Assembly: GCA_002633005.1 (NCBI GenBank)
Contig: NMRA01000527.1
Coordinates: 186,001 to 250,000 of the forward strand
DNA length: 64,000 nucleotides
Source: Phoronis australis
Taxonomy: Eukaryota > Animalia > Phoronida
Reading direction: 5' to 3'
The position numbers were made by a program, and so were the translations under genes. The first letter of the stretch is position 1. Each line of letters begins with the position of its first letter. The notes under the pieces are model-generated. The model did no database searches and had not been told where the DNA came from. It saw only the letters and a list, made by a program, of their open reading frames with translations. Of this stretch, positions 22,601 to 34,200 are shown piece after piece.

Positions 22601-25343
22601 CCTAAATTGTAGTGACTGCTGCTGCAGCAGGAACTCATCGACCAGTCAAAATTGTTGTCTGTTCGTGATGCCATGCGGCTGAGTCTACTAGGTTGTATAT
22701 TTGAAGATTTTTGGAGAGAAATTTATTCCTTGCCAAAGATTTCCCTTTGTTGTGAATTTGCATTTAGTGTTTTGTTTAAATATTTCTATAAGTTTTAAAG
22801 CAATTAAGTTCTTGAAAACCAGTTAACTGTTCTTCAAATACGCATATTCCATATTGTCACACCTTAGGCCCATGGACCTATATCCGAAATAATGCCTTTT
22901 TTACCAAGTGGTTTGCATATTGGCGCATGCGCCTAAGTTTCAGCAGTACGGTATGTACTTATCAATGGTTTATTGTCTCTGGGATTTGTTATTGTATTAA
23001 TATGTTTTCTGTGCAGCTTACAAAGATCTTCAGACTAGGAAAGAGATACGAGAGTCTGCTTGGAGAAAGCCTGGCTGGGATGAAATCGTGACTTACACAG
23101 GTAAATATACTAAATAATTTCCTCCAACTCTTTAAGAGTTAATGAAGTTACCTTTAAACGCTCTGATGTCATTGGCGCTTGTCCTTTCTTCGGGTGGTTA
23201 GTCTTCGTCCTCAGCCGTTTCGTGGCTGTCCACAACGACCTCTGGAGGTGCACCAACCGAGTTGACCAGGCTCGGTCCAGGACTGTATGGCTCATCTTGT
23301 CTCTTACTACTTCAGTGATGCAGCATCACAAGCCTGCCCACTTCCTCTAGACCTCTTGCACCAGTGTTCCTTCCTCTTCCTCCATGTCCACTGCGACGCC
23401 CTCTCCGCTCGCTCGCCTATAACACGGATGGCCTTCTTCCTTTCCTTTCCTGTCACCCCTAATGCACGAAATACCCTCCATACTGACTGCCCAACAAATC
23501 CCCTGCACCCAGCTTCAACTGGCCTGCACCATACTCTCCACCTCCTCCTTCGACATTCCTCGCACAACTGTTAATATTTCTCTTTCTTCCTTTCATGTGC
23601 TTCATCTATCCACTCTTCCCATGGCACTGTCAGCTCCAGCAATATTACCTGCTTCGTTGCCGGTGACCACATCACGATATCTGGTCTCAAACTTGTCTCC
23701 GCTATCTCACTTGGGAAGGTCATCCTTCGGTACAGATCGACGTTCATTTTCCAGTCTTTCGCCGTGTTCAGTACACCTCCTCCTCCTGTATGTCCCCGAG
23801 TTGAAGTGCCTGCCAGCACAAAATTAACAAACTGTGGCCCCTTCAGCACTTTCCGCTCCTCCTTGCATTCCCTCTCAAGGCTCTCCGCGATCACCTCCAG
23901 AACCTGGTCATGCCTCCAAGTATATCGCCCGTCTGATGATGCTGATGAGCATGATGACAGCACATGTTCCAGGTTTGCTTGCTTCTTACACAATACACAA
24001 GTCAGATCTTCCACTAATCCCCACACACACACAAAATGGTTGGGCTGGGCAAAACATCATACATCGACCTCAGCAAAAACCTCAATCTACTCTCCTGCAT
24101 TGTCCAGATCTCTTGCCACTTCAAACTCCTCTGTCCAACTCCCTGCCAATTCAGCCAACTGCCTTGCTGCCTCATGCCTGCAGCTCTGGCTCTTTTTGTT
24201 TCTTCTTACATGGTTCTCACTTGCCGCTGTATCATGCTACGTCTCTCCTTAGGACTCACTTCTCCCCAACGTGCCTGTGGAAACAAACCAAGTCCTTGTC
24301 TGCCCACTGCAACTGTGCCTACTATATCATCATGCCTGAGTCTTTCCTCTGCCTGCTTCACAGCTTGTGATGCTAGTCACTTTCTTCCTACATCGACCCT
24401 GACTCTGGCTCCTCACACTTTCTCGTCCGCGCTGTCCCTCAGAGTTAACACTTGACTCGCCTTCCCGACTTTAAACTCCTCCACCAGCGATGTGATGGGT
24501 AACTGCAGCTTGGACCCAGTGCTGTATAATCCTACACTGCTAAAACTCCTTGGTACACCCAACCACCTTCGTAGAAAGGAACTCACTAGACACTCCACTG
24601 CCTCTGCTGTTGATGTTGAAACATTGTACACCAATAATGACCACAGTGCCCTAGGTAGCTCTCCATGCTGGTCAATCCATGTTTTAAACTTGCCTGGCAA
24701 TCCACACTTAGTCTTCTATTTGGCCTTTGATGGCAGCCACGCTGACCACATCTTTGAGAGTACGGTCGAACCATTTTCCCAGGCTCTTTACTGTAATTGT
24801 GTCGTATACTGGTCGAAAGACTGCATTGTCTGGTACATGGGGCTATTCATGTTATGGTTCAAATCAACCCGCCTACTTGAGTTTTGTGCACCATTGTAAT
24901 CACCCTCAACTTAAAATAGTTACAAACCCAAGTTCCATCCAAGAAGTGAACTTCTTACTTAAACCACTTACCGCTATAAAATTAGTCTCAATTTGTTCCT
25001 TACTCAGATGAGAATTGATTTCAGGGTTTTTAAAGAATTAATAGCTCGTTATTCCACGGTGCATAAAATGACTTGCTGTGACAAGCCAACTTGTGGGGCC
25101 TAATCTACAGCAGTAATAAACTAGTAGTACCTTCGAAGCCTGAAAGCATCTCCAATTTCTCGTAGGAACGATCTGAGACCAATTTCATAACTGTAAGTGG
25201 TTTAAATCAAAAGTTGTTTTTTATGTTGGAAGGTGGATTTATACCAAGACATGTTGCAGTTTCTTACGTCTCTTTCAGTTCCCCTGATGCGTTACATGAA
25301 GTCGAGAATATTGGTGCCTACTCCGTTCTCACCTCTACAGTAA
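10678..25343 (+). CDS. NIPSNAP: Protein NipSnap homolog (NIPSNAP1/2-like, mitochondrial), 280 aa; exons join(10678..10760,14330..14463,15481..15526,16330..16421,17994..18064,18950..19090,21615..21646,22306..22400,23017..23100,25279..25343)
   Basis: Ten GT-AG exons in consistent phase total 843 nt. An Arg/Ser-rich, acid-free presequence [34 protein letters not shown] is followed by [122 protein letters not shown] and [14 protein letters not shown], which are NIPSNAP1/2 hallmarks. Exon 1 is inferred from phase and presequence character. Confidence 0.94.
11025..11270 (-). other. Candidate upstream (5' UTR or alternative first) exon of CFAP73 lying inside NIPSNAP intron 1
   Basis: Minus-strand donor AAAG|GTAATA at 11025/11024, RFX-type GTTGCC half-sites at 11145 and 11262, and higher GC/CpG content around 11280-11400. 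The CFAP73 ATG exon has an acceptor that needs an upstream donor. The 5' boundary is unknown. Confidence 0.4.
11888..12110. repeat. Two diverged ~128-bp tandem units, probably the internal repeats of an old non-autonomous element
   Basis: TTAACTTCATGTAGACATCGAAATTTCACACTGCCCAGTTAGTTCTGCTC is repeated as TTAATTTCACATAGACCTCAAAATTTCACACCGCCCTGGTAGTTCTGCTC. Confidence 0.65.
13816..14243. repeat. 43-bp minisatellite (CATGTGCTGAAGTGAATGAACACTGTATTGTCATAGATTTGGA), about 10 near-identical copies
   Basis: Head-to-tail repeats ending about 90 bp before NIPSNAP exon 2. Confidence 0.96.
15587..15819. mobile_element. hAT-like MITE remnant (spans an N at 15749)
   Basis: 12-bp inverted termini CAGGGCTTGGAA / TTCCAAGCCCTG. 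No matching TSD, and an assembly N lies inside. Confidence 0.5.
16046..16131. repeat. Short ~30-bp tandem repeat, 3 copies (TAGCAGTTACTTTAA.ATAGTATGACAATG)
   Basis: Directly visible. Confidence 0.8.
19963..20367. mobile_element. Fragment of a putative piggyBac-like element inserted at a TTAA, truncated by the N at 20368
   Basis: The first copy of the duplicated segment diverges from the second exactly after TTAA and continues CCTTTATCCTGC, a piggyBac-like terminus. The other end is not visible. Confidence 0.4.
20524..21036. mobile_element. Solo LTR of an LTR retrotransposon, 513 bp
   Basis: TGTCA...TTACA termini (TG...CA) flanked by a perfect 5-bp TSD ATGGA (20519..20523 and 21037..21041); no internal coding region. 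Confidence 0.8.
23140..24795 (-). mobile_element. 5'-truncated, decayed non-LTR retrotransposon with a restriction-like endonuclease (HERO-like, R2 group), antisense in the last NIPSNAP intron
   Basis: Minus-strand fragments encode the post-RT region ([48 protein letters not shown]), a CCHC knuckle ([27 protein letters not shown]) and a PD-(D/E)xK endonuclease ([22 protein letters not shown]...[16 protein letters not shown]). Stops and frameshifts are present; no TSD was seen. Confidence 0.9.
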
Positions 25344-26659
25344 CAGCTATAGATCGTTTGTTGCTTCGTGTACTTCCTGTTGACTACCGCAGTTTGAGAG
25401 AGATTGTCAACGTTATTCGCATAGAAGTTGAAGAACTGGTGCTCCATTTTCGATGGACCGTGGCTACTCAATATTGGTTTCTTTGCTGCATTTGTTGACA
25501 TAAGCATGCACGTTTGAAGTTGTTCAGTCACAGGGGACCCTTGTTCATAATAAAGCCACTCCCAGGTTTTGGCTGGTCATTACTGTCTTCTACGGCTATT
25601 GGTGTGATCATTACTAGGACTATTGGTGTGACCAGCACTGCAGTGTTGTCATGGATGAACCAGCCTTGTCACCTTTCATGGCACTGAGTAATCTCTACGA
25701 AGAGTGTGCCCTTTGAACTGATTGAAACCACGAGTGGGCGTGTCCAATCGTAGGTGTATTTGAGAAATAAGGGTTACCTGTGACTACCTGGGTGCCTACT
25801 CCTCAATGGCTCAGGTGTGACTTGCATGTCAAATTTGGGAATAGTTGTAGCATTGATTCTGGATTGTTGGTTTTGCACTGATACACGTCTTCATGAGTGG
25901 CTGTCTTTGGGGAAATGGTGTTTTGACATCAACTGGTTAAATTTGTTTCACAAGTTTTTTTTGTAATTGTTCTTTGACATAAAGTTCATTTAATTGCTGG
26001 TTGACGGAGGAATATGGATGCGTGCTAGATACCAACGCAATTGCTACCCATTGTCCACGTTCAATAGGAGTGTTCCTATCTTTGTGGTGCAGATCTTTAA
26101 TCTTCTGATGAATTTAAATGGCTATCATTGGAAATGGTGATGCTGGATGATTTATGCAAGTTTTCATGATACGCCGTAATTTGTATAACACGTGTCTATG
26201 CAGTGAATTGGGTTTGTTCTCTTTGAAACTGAGCCAACGAAACCATTCTCATTTCGTTTGGTAACTGAACTGTAATTTAACTGCATCAGTTTAACAGTCA
26301 TCTCGTCTGCAGTGGGTTTTCACTTCAGATTGACTTCCAGCCATGTTTGCTGTAGCTTCATTGAATCATGTCTCCTGAAAGGCAGTCAAGAACATGCTCT
26401 TAATGTGAATCGATTACTTTTTCTTGGTCTAGTCTGATGCTAAGTCATAGGAAACAAGTGCTGATTTAAAAATGTTCAGAAGCGTTGCAGGCTCAAGTTT
26501 TCAGTCTTAAGATTTGGTGTGCTTTGCTTTTTTGTTAATGTCAAATGAAAATTGTTTATTTAGCCAAGTAACCCCATTTTACCAGTTCAATAGTGATAAA
26601 AATGTCAAGTATTAACCCTTCCACCTGATGGAAAAGGAGTGCACAGTGGATTGACAATT

Positions 26660-29600
26660 ATATTTATTTTAGTGAATTTCAAATAAAGGGTACCCCTTGA
26701 CATCAGAGTGCAAATTGAGGAAAACAAGTTTTCTTAAATACTGCAGTTTATTTGTTCTGATTAACAATATTACAAATGGAATTCCAAAGCTTACGGCACA
26801 ATGTCTTAATACAAAAATATGGACACAAGCTAAGAACTTTATCAACAGCCTCCACACAACTTCACCACCATGGTAGTTAAGATGCATATTTCCTTTTTAC
26901 CACTGTAAGATAAAGCATACTTGGGACTACTAACACGTACCCCAAGCATTTAGAATATTTGTTCATTTAGAACATTTGTTACCCTCTCGGTACAACAAAT
27001 ATTACCATGTGAAAATCTTCAGACCGCCGACGCAAATTCTCAGACTTGTTACAAAGCTTATTAAACATGCATACGGGTGAGTAGGTGAGAATAAGTAAAC
27101 AATACACTCGCCTAATAGGAAATACACAAGTATTAAATTTCTAGGAGTTGCACTCCGCGTTCTCACTTTGAGGAAAGAAATCTACTCTATGAACTCATTA
27201 TTTTCAGACATTTTCTGTATCTCAAGGATGAACTCAAGGTACCGTGAAAATTCTTCAATTTGGGGCAAAAACAATTGTTAAATTGCCATATTTCTATTTT
27301 CCAGAGGTTTGAAAACGTTCAAATTTTGCCAAATGTTTGCTGATAGGTACGCCATGCTAAAAGCAAGGTAAATCTTCTAGAAAAGTTATTTCTTCTCCGC
27401 AATATTGTGACCCAAACTGAGAATTTTACCGGAAGTGTCCTTTATCTTGTGCTAAAGTACATTATGGTTTATGCAAATGAGTATCGCAACGGACAACTCC
27501 AAAACTGAAGTTCCTAGTTAGTCAAGTGAAGACTAGAACTGCCTTAACCACAGTGTAATCCAACACGAAATTAAAAACACCTTGAGTACATATTTAACGT
27601 ATTTTTAAAAAAAATTCCGAGATCCATTTTGGAGATTAGCCTTATGAACTAGGTCACATGTGCTCTCTACAGAATGGAGTGGTTTCAGGCTTCGGTAATC
27701 AAATTCATGAACTGTGCAAAGTGGTCTCTCAACAAAAAAGCAATGTACAGAGAATGAATAATCATTCATTAACACGAGAGATTTGAAATCTCACATTTGC
27801 ATTAACAGCAAAAGCCAAATGTCTCTGACACACACTTCCACTTATCCAGAATTACAGAGCTTACTAGACGTTTAGCAGACTAAAAATGAAAATGGAATTG
27901 GGGTTTTTACTCTCATAAAATTATATCTGGTAATGTTCCATCCGTGATAGTACATTTCTGTTACCAACAAGAGTTCTGAAACCACGAGTGACTGGAGAAC
28001 ACTCAGATTACCGATGTTGGCCAACCCTAAAAACGTGGATTAAAAATAACGGCCCATGTGGGCATTGCCTGAGACTTGGAATTGACAACGAAAATAGAAT
28101 CCCATTGTGGTAAGGAACATAATGAGACAAAATTTATGACAGTAAAAGCCCCAATTTGATTTTTGTTGTTGGGAGAGGGAAATGCATTTTTCCCATGAAA
28201 AAGTCGGCACGTGACAATGAAGAAATAATTCATGAAAATTATTCAGAGCAACTAGCAATTATGAGTACGTTTTCGGTGACACTGTACTTTTGCTGAACTG
28301 AGATAAAATAGCTGTGTGGAGCGCAAGACGAAATGCCTTGACTTTTTCATGAAACAGACTGCCGTATCCGTGGTTTCCAATTGCCTTGAGCAACCTAAAC
28401 TGCAAGGACGAAGAATAGCGACCGTCTCTTTAATTTTGGTTAAACAATGAGATCACAAGCCATACAGTACTTACTGCTAGATAAATTAACAACATAAATA
28501 AATAACGATGCACAAAACTACAACAAATGCAATGTCTGTTGTCTGACAAAAATGGCAACAGGTGGCGATAATGCTGGAGGATATGTACAATAAACAGAAC
28601 TTCAAAGACTGGACGAACACAAGTTCTCAGAAAAGTGCCACTTGTAACACAATAGAGTAACTGTCAGATGAGGTTGTAGGGAGGTTCTTTATCACTTCCA
28701 CATTGATGGAAGAAAAAACATCTTCAAACCGAAAATAAATTGCCTTGCGGAACTATGCATGCTAATTCACAGACAACGTCCAACATATGAAGCTGCGGTG
28801 ACTTTAATTTGTGCCGACGTGACAAACAGAACACCACACTACTAAAATCGCACAAAACTGGGTAATTCACATTCTCATTCACTTTCTATCTGGTTATTCC
28901 TTACCTTTGGAAAATCGGCACGCACTAAAACTAACGGTCAACTTAACTGCACAAAATAGTTCCTGACATAATACAACACTGTAATGCATACCAAACCAAT
29001 AACGAGCTTGTTGTACTAATTAACATTAATCACACTAACCAGTGACCACGCCCACTGGTGACCACAACAACTAGGCTAATGTCAAAACCATTGCAAAACA
29101 ATAAGACTTGCTGTACAGACATGCAGCACGTACTGAATCCCTATGGAATTTAGCAATAGCTATCGCAATCCGAGACAATGCAATTACGGGAAAGCAACAA
29201 TAATTGTTGCTATTTTTGATGAACATGGAGAAAAACAACCTAACTACTGAATAAATTCAAGAGGAGACACGTTTCAACCAACAAAGTAATTGAATTTTGA
29301 CTGATTAGCCCCCCTCGCCTTTGATAGCAGAGTATCTTAAGGGTATTAAAATAGTAGTCACCAGCCTTGACTCCAGTGAATGTCTGGCAGACCACGGCCA
29401 GAATTGATTTGTAATAAAATCACAAAACCCCAAACAGACGTCATTTTATAGTTATGGTTAAAGCTAGTAACTTCAAGAAGTCTATTCCATCCATCAACAA
29501 TCCCCAAAATGGGTTTTTAGCCGTAAAACAGATTTCCTTTTCAGGGCTCAGTTTGCCAAATATCAATAGAAATTGAATTAAATGACAAGATGACATACTC

Positions 29601-31275
29601 TTCAATCAAGGTGCAAAGTGGGTTATTATTTAATAAATATTTAGCAGGTGTGTTTTCAAACACAAACATTTGCTAAATGAAAACATACATGCTAATATCA
29701 CACTGTCTTATTTTATCATACTCAGTGCAGATGATAGTTTTATTCACACAAGCATCTTAAAACGTTTTAACAAGAACATTTAAAGTTAAAATGTTTAAGT
29801 GTGAACATAAACTTGAAACATTTTAGACTCTCAACGATTTTAAAATTTAAAACGCATGAAATAAGTAGAGGTAGAACTGTTTTGAGATAAAACGATTACA
29901 TTCCTTATGTGAAAAGCGCTTTAGCTGGAATATTTTAACACATCACATAAAAACATAATAATGCTTTTTTCCTCTGGCAAAGAAAGGGTATTCACGTACA
30001 TGTGCTGAATGAAGACGCATCATGCCTACAGTCACACTGAAACGTTCTAGCAGTACAAACCTTGTGAGGGATTTTAAAGCTAAAACGTTTTAGATAGAAC
30101 ATTCTAGATAAACTGTTTCAAATTTATGCTCGTGTGAATCCAGCTTATGTGACTATAGTTAAGATTCTCTATATTACAGAGATATCAATGCTACTTAACA
30201 CTTGTCTATCAATGTAACGTTGTACGCTTCAAGCTTACTGCTGCACAACAAAAACACGTCTAACAAAAGTTGATGATAAAAATGCACAAAATAACCACAA
30301 AATGGCCGCAACTGTATAAACAGACAGCATTCTAAAGACATGCGACAAACAATTTCCAACTTGTTTGACACTATTCTTAAGCTAATGGCGGCACGTATCA
30401 ACAATGGTGAAAACAACTACTAAAGGAATCAGCAAATGAACAAATAATTATCTTGAATACCAACTAACTGATATCTTGACATCTGGTGAATGGTCACAAA
30501 CATATCCATAACCTCTCATAACACCAGGCGCAATTTTCACAAGCCAAAGAGCTCAGACAAAGTTTCCACTTCTGACAGTAGATCCAATAGGTGGCGCTGC
30601 AGTTACACATAACAGATTTGAGTTGGAACTAGAGGCAATTATTTAAAAAACCAACCAAATCAAAGGAACACTTTCAGCATGTTGTTTCACCAGACTTGCC
30701 ATTTTGCACAAATGAAACATTCTGCTCAACAAACAAGACTGCCAACTCCCAGGATTCCTTCCATACTGCACTTCACAAATTTCAGCCAGACTTCCTCTTC
30801 TCTATTGTGCCCTCATGCACTGTACAGAACAACAGTGACGTAAAATCAAGCTTCGGGCCTTTTGAAACGACAGGCAGCAATGTAGACACAGTACAGAACA
30901 GGGTACACAACATAAGCGCTAATGGTCCCTAATGTACTTTGACGCCAGCCATGCGTCCGTTATGTATCAGGATGTAAGCCATCTGTGCACAAAAACATTG
31001 TCGACAAACTTATTCAAAAGAGTTCAAACCGCATTCAGTTGTTCCAGGTGTCCCACGAGCCACATTCTGGGACAGTGGCACTCCTATCCAAAAACACAGT
31101 GACGTAGATAAAAAATGTGCACACTAAGGCTAGTCCAAGTCAATAATCTGACACCATGACTAACCCGTTACGGCAAAAATTGTGTCAACAAAAATCCATG
31201 TCACCAAGATCAGTTTTCAACGCACTTGATGGTGTGGTCAATGAAGATGAGAACAATGCATGCTGGGACCACCGA
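26660..31275 (-). other. Probable long 3' UTR of YPEL (about 4.6 kb)
   Basis: Continuous minus-strand T/G skew from the YPEL stop to a minus-strand AATAAA at about 26663-26668, where the skew flips to that of the convergent NIPSNAP 3' region. Largely free of recognisable repeats. Confidence 0.5.
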
Positions 31276-34200
31276 CTACTTGATCAGTTTCTCATGGTCC
31301 CAGCCATTGTCCTTGATCATGTGAGCCAGTTCTATGATAAACTTCCCCTCTTTGTACTTCTGGCTAGACTCGAATGCATGTTCCTGTGAAGAGAACAAAT
31401 CAATGACTCAGAATTAATAACACCGAGCTGTTTATTAACTGGACAAGTTAATTGGTTTAAAGTGCAACAAAAATGGCACTTAAAACCATGGTGTAGTCAT
31501 CTATTCGTTTGATGAAATAGGTAACAAAATGATACATGTCGATAAAATAAATTTGACACAAAAGCTTTCTTCTAAAGTTCTGCGTGCTTAAAAAATCAAT
31601 CAGAAATTACATGAAACTGCCACTCTTGCTTAAAGTCTATTAAGAGCAGCACTCAACACTGAATAAGTTCCTAGGTGTCAAACAGTTATTAAGACAACTT
31701 GGAAGCCTTTCAAAAGGTCATTCTTAAAGCACACATGGCAACAATTTCCTGTATCCATGACAGTGAGCAGACCAGCCAATTCATCATCCAATGCTTGCAA
31801 CATTGAGTGATTTAGTTACTAAATAAATTAATGCGTCATATTCATTTGGATTTAAAACGTGGTTTTGACTCATCTGATAACTGCAGCTAAATGATTTCGA
31901 TTCCTAATTGAAACTACAGATCAGAGAGAAGGTTTAAACACAACGCAATAATGTTGTATTGACACAGTGATTTCTCTATAACCCTAACCAAGTAATTTTG
32001 ATTTTCCATTAATTGTTGCCAGTCTGTGTGAACACTGCAGACTACAAATCTCTGAGACGCAAACAAGCTTCTCCCCCACAGACAGGCACACACACGCAAT
32101 ATGTTTTCGTTTTCCATCTTTGATTTTTCCATGATGTAGCTTCCATTTTCCAAGACTTTGCAAGGATAAAATTTTCATTTTCCAAGAGTTTTCCAGGATA
32201 TACTTTTTGACTTCCAGCATATTAATTCAATTTTACATGCGTACTTTTTCAGAAAAAAGGACACAAATAATATGTCAACTGATGACAAGCATTCAAATGA
32301 AAGCACGAACTTGCAAAATTACAGATTTCATTTAATTCCAGGAAATTTTCTAAGACAGATGTTTTTACCACTTTTTCATGGAATATATTTTTGTCTTTCT
32401 CCAGAATTTGCATGACAATAGTCATATGTGAAAGGCAGACCCCAGCAGTGCAAGACATGAGATGCTTCGTCTTGCTCTATCCCAAACCAACCTTTGGTAT
32501 CGCACGCATCGAAAATCAAACAACTGGTGTTGGGCACAAAAATACACCACACAAACCGGACAGCTATGTAGGGTAATGGTCAGGTATACCATGCTCGCAT
32601 TCTGAGAACCAAGCAGTTTTCTGCACTGAATATCGGGCATTAAATATGGGCACGTTATACCCGACTATTGCCACTTATTGTAGACTTAAAGTGACTACAC
32701 ATTGCCTTCCATCACAAAATCCAAACTGACAAATGTTTGAGAAAATCCAGCTTATGATTTAGACATAAAATTGGTCTCAAATCATTCCTTAGTCAAAACA
32801 GAGATGACTTCAAGGCTTCCAAGACAACCGACTGTTCATCAGTACTCAAAGCCAGGCTCTACCACTGAGTGTGTCATGGCAGGTCATTTCATGTGCCTAG
32901 CATGGTCTCAAGGAATAAAGAACTACCTCATCTTTGCAAACCCAGAAAGCACTTCTCGTCAGAGTTAGGAACAAGGTGAGACTAGTTTTGAAGCAGCAAG
33001 TCGCCTAACTAAAAAATTCTTCTTTTGGACGGCAAGTATAAGGCTGCCAAAATTCGATCATTACTACACCAGTCAACCACCGAGAACAATCGTATTATTA
33101 TCCACTATGAACTCAAAGACTTCAACAACTTACTTGAAAGCAAACTAAATTCGTAACAAGCTACCCTATATCTGGTCTGCAATACCTGCTACGAACCTAA
33201 TATCAACTTCATATTGCTTTGTTAATAGCAGCATACAATTTCATTGTAAATGAGTTCTTAGAAACGTACATATTTCCAACCAAGTGTTGTCTTACAACAC
33301 TCGCAGTATATATCGGCGACAGCATGCAGACCCGTCAGTAAAACTCTCTCTTCAGCAGGCCCACAGCCAATATTGACACTGAAACAAGAGAAAAATCAAA
33401 TTAAAAACACAAAAATGTTAGAGCAATTGCAGCTACACTCTATCCAATTAATACATAAGTCTACAGAGTTTAACTGCTGAAACTAATACACCAGTGGAGC
33501 GGATTTCTAGAACTAGATAAAAATATGAATAGCATATAACTCCATACGCAAAGAAATTACAAAAAAGCTAATTTAGCTGGTGTTATACATAGTAACACTA
33601 AGTTTAGCTAATCACAAGTTCTCAAAATGCTCCATTAAGCTAAGTTCATGCATCAACAACAAAATAACACTTGAGAAGTTAATTTTCAAAATAACAGGTA
33701 TGGTAAATCTTCATTAACTAGACAAACGCAACAGCTGCACCTTTATTTAATACCATAACATTCCATAGTTGTCAACAGTCGATAGGTATAGGACAGAAAT
33801 CAATGTTGATTATAGTTACAGGTCTCCATTCCCCTCATGACTATAACACTCCACAAAGCACCCAAACAACATATTACATAAACACATTCTTGCATCGCCA
33901 TACGCAGCTCAGCACTACAGTAACAAAACGTTTTTTTAGCCCAGCCCCAGAAATCACTTTCCCATTATATCCAGGTTCTGCTCCACTCTCTAGCACACAT
34001 TCACTAGTAAAACCGAGCAGAAAACAGTTTTGCACAATGATCAATTGTCTGTCAGAAGCCAGGATTCGGTCCCGGGTCTCTAAAATGAGAGCCCGCAGCT
34101 CAACCCACTGAGCCATACTGTCTCCTCAAATTAACACAACTAAAATATTGGATTCTGAACTTCAAGAAACTGTAATTTTGTTCACTTCCATTTTTCTTTT

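Noticed and set aside
23180-23250. Hammerhead-ribozyme-like words (stem-GAAAC, CTGAGGA) in the retrotransposon 3' UTR
   Set aside because: The order and spacing do not allow stems I and III or a cleavage triplet. Only the simple hairpin is supported.
23287-24899. Long plus-strand ORFs overlapping the retrotransposon
   Set aside because: They are antisense shadows of the minus-strand coding sequence with no protein-like features.
31207-31278. Stop-codon readthrough extension of YPEL
   Set aside because: The TAG-TCG context is not a known readthrough motif, and the open frame after it is short (about 22 codons).
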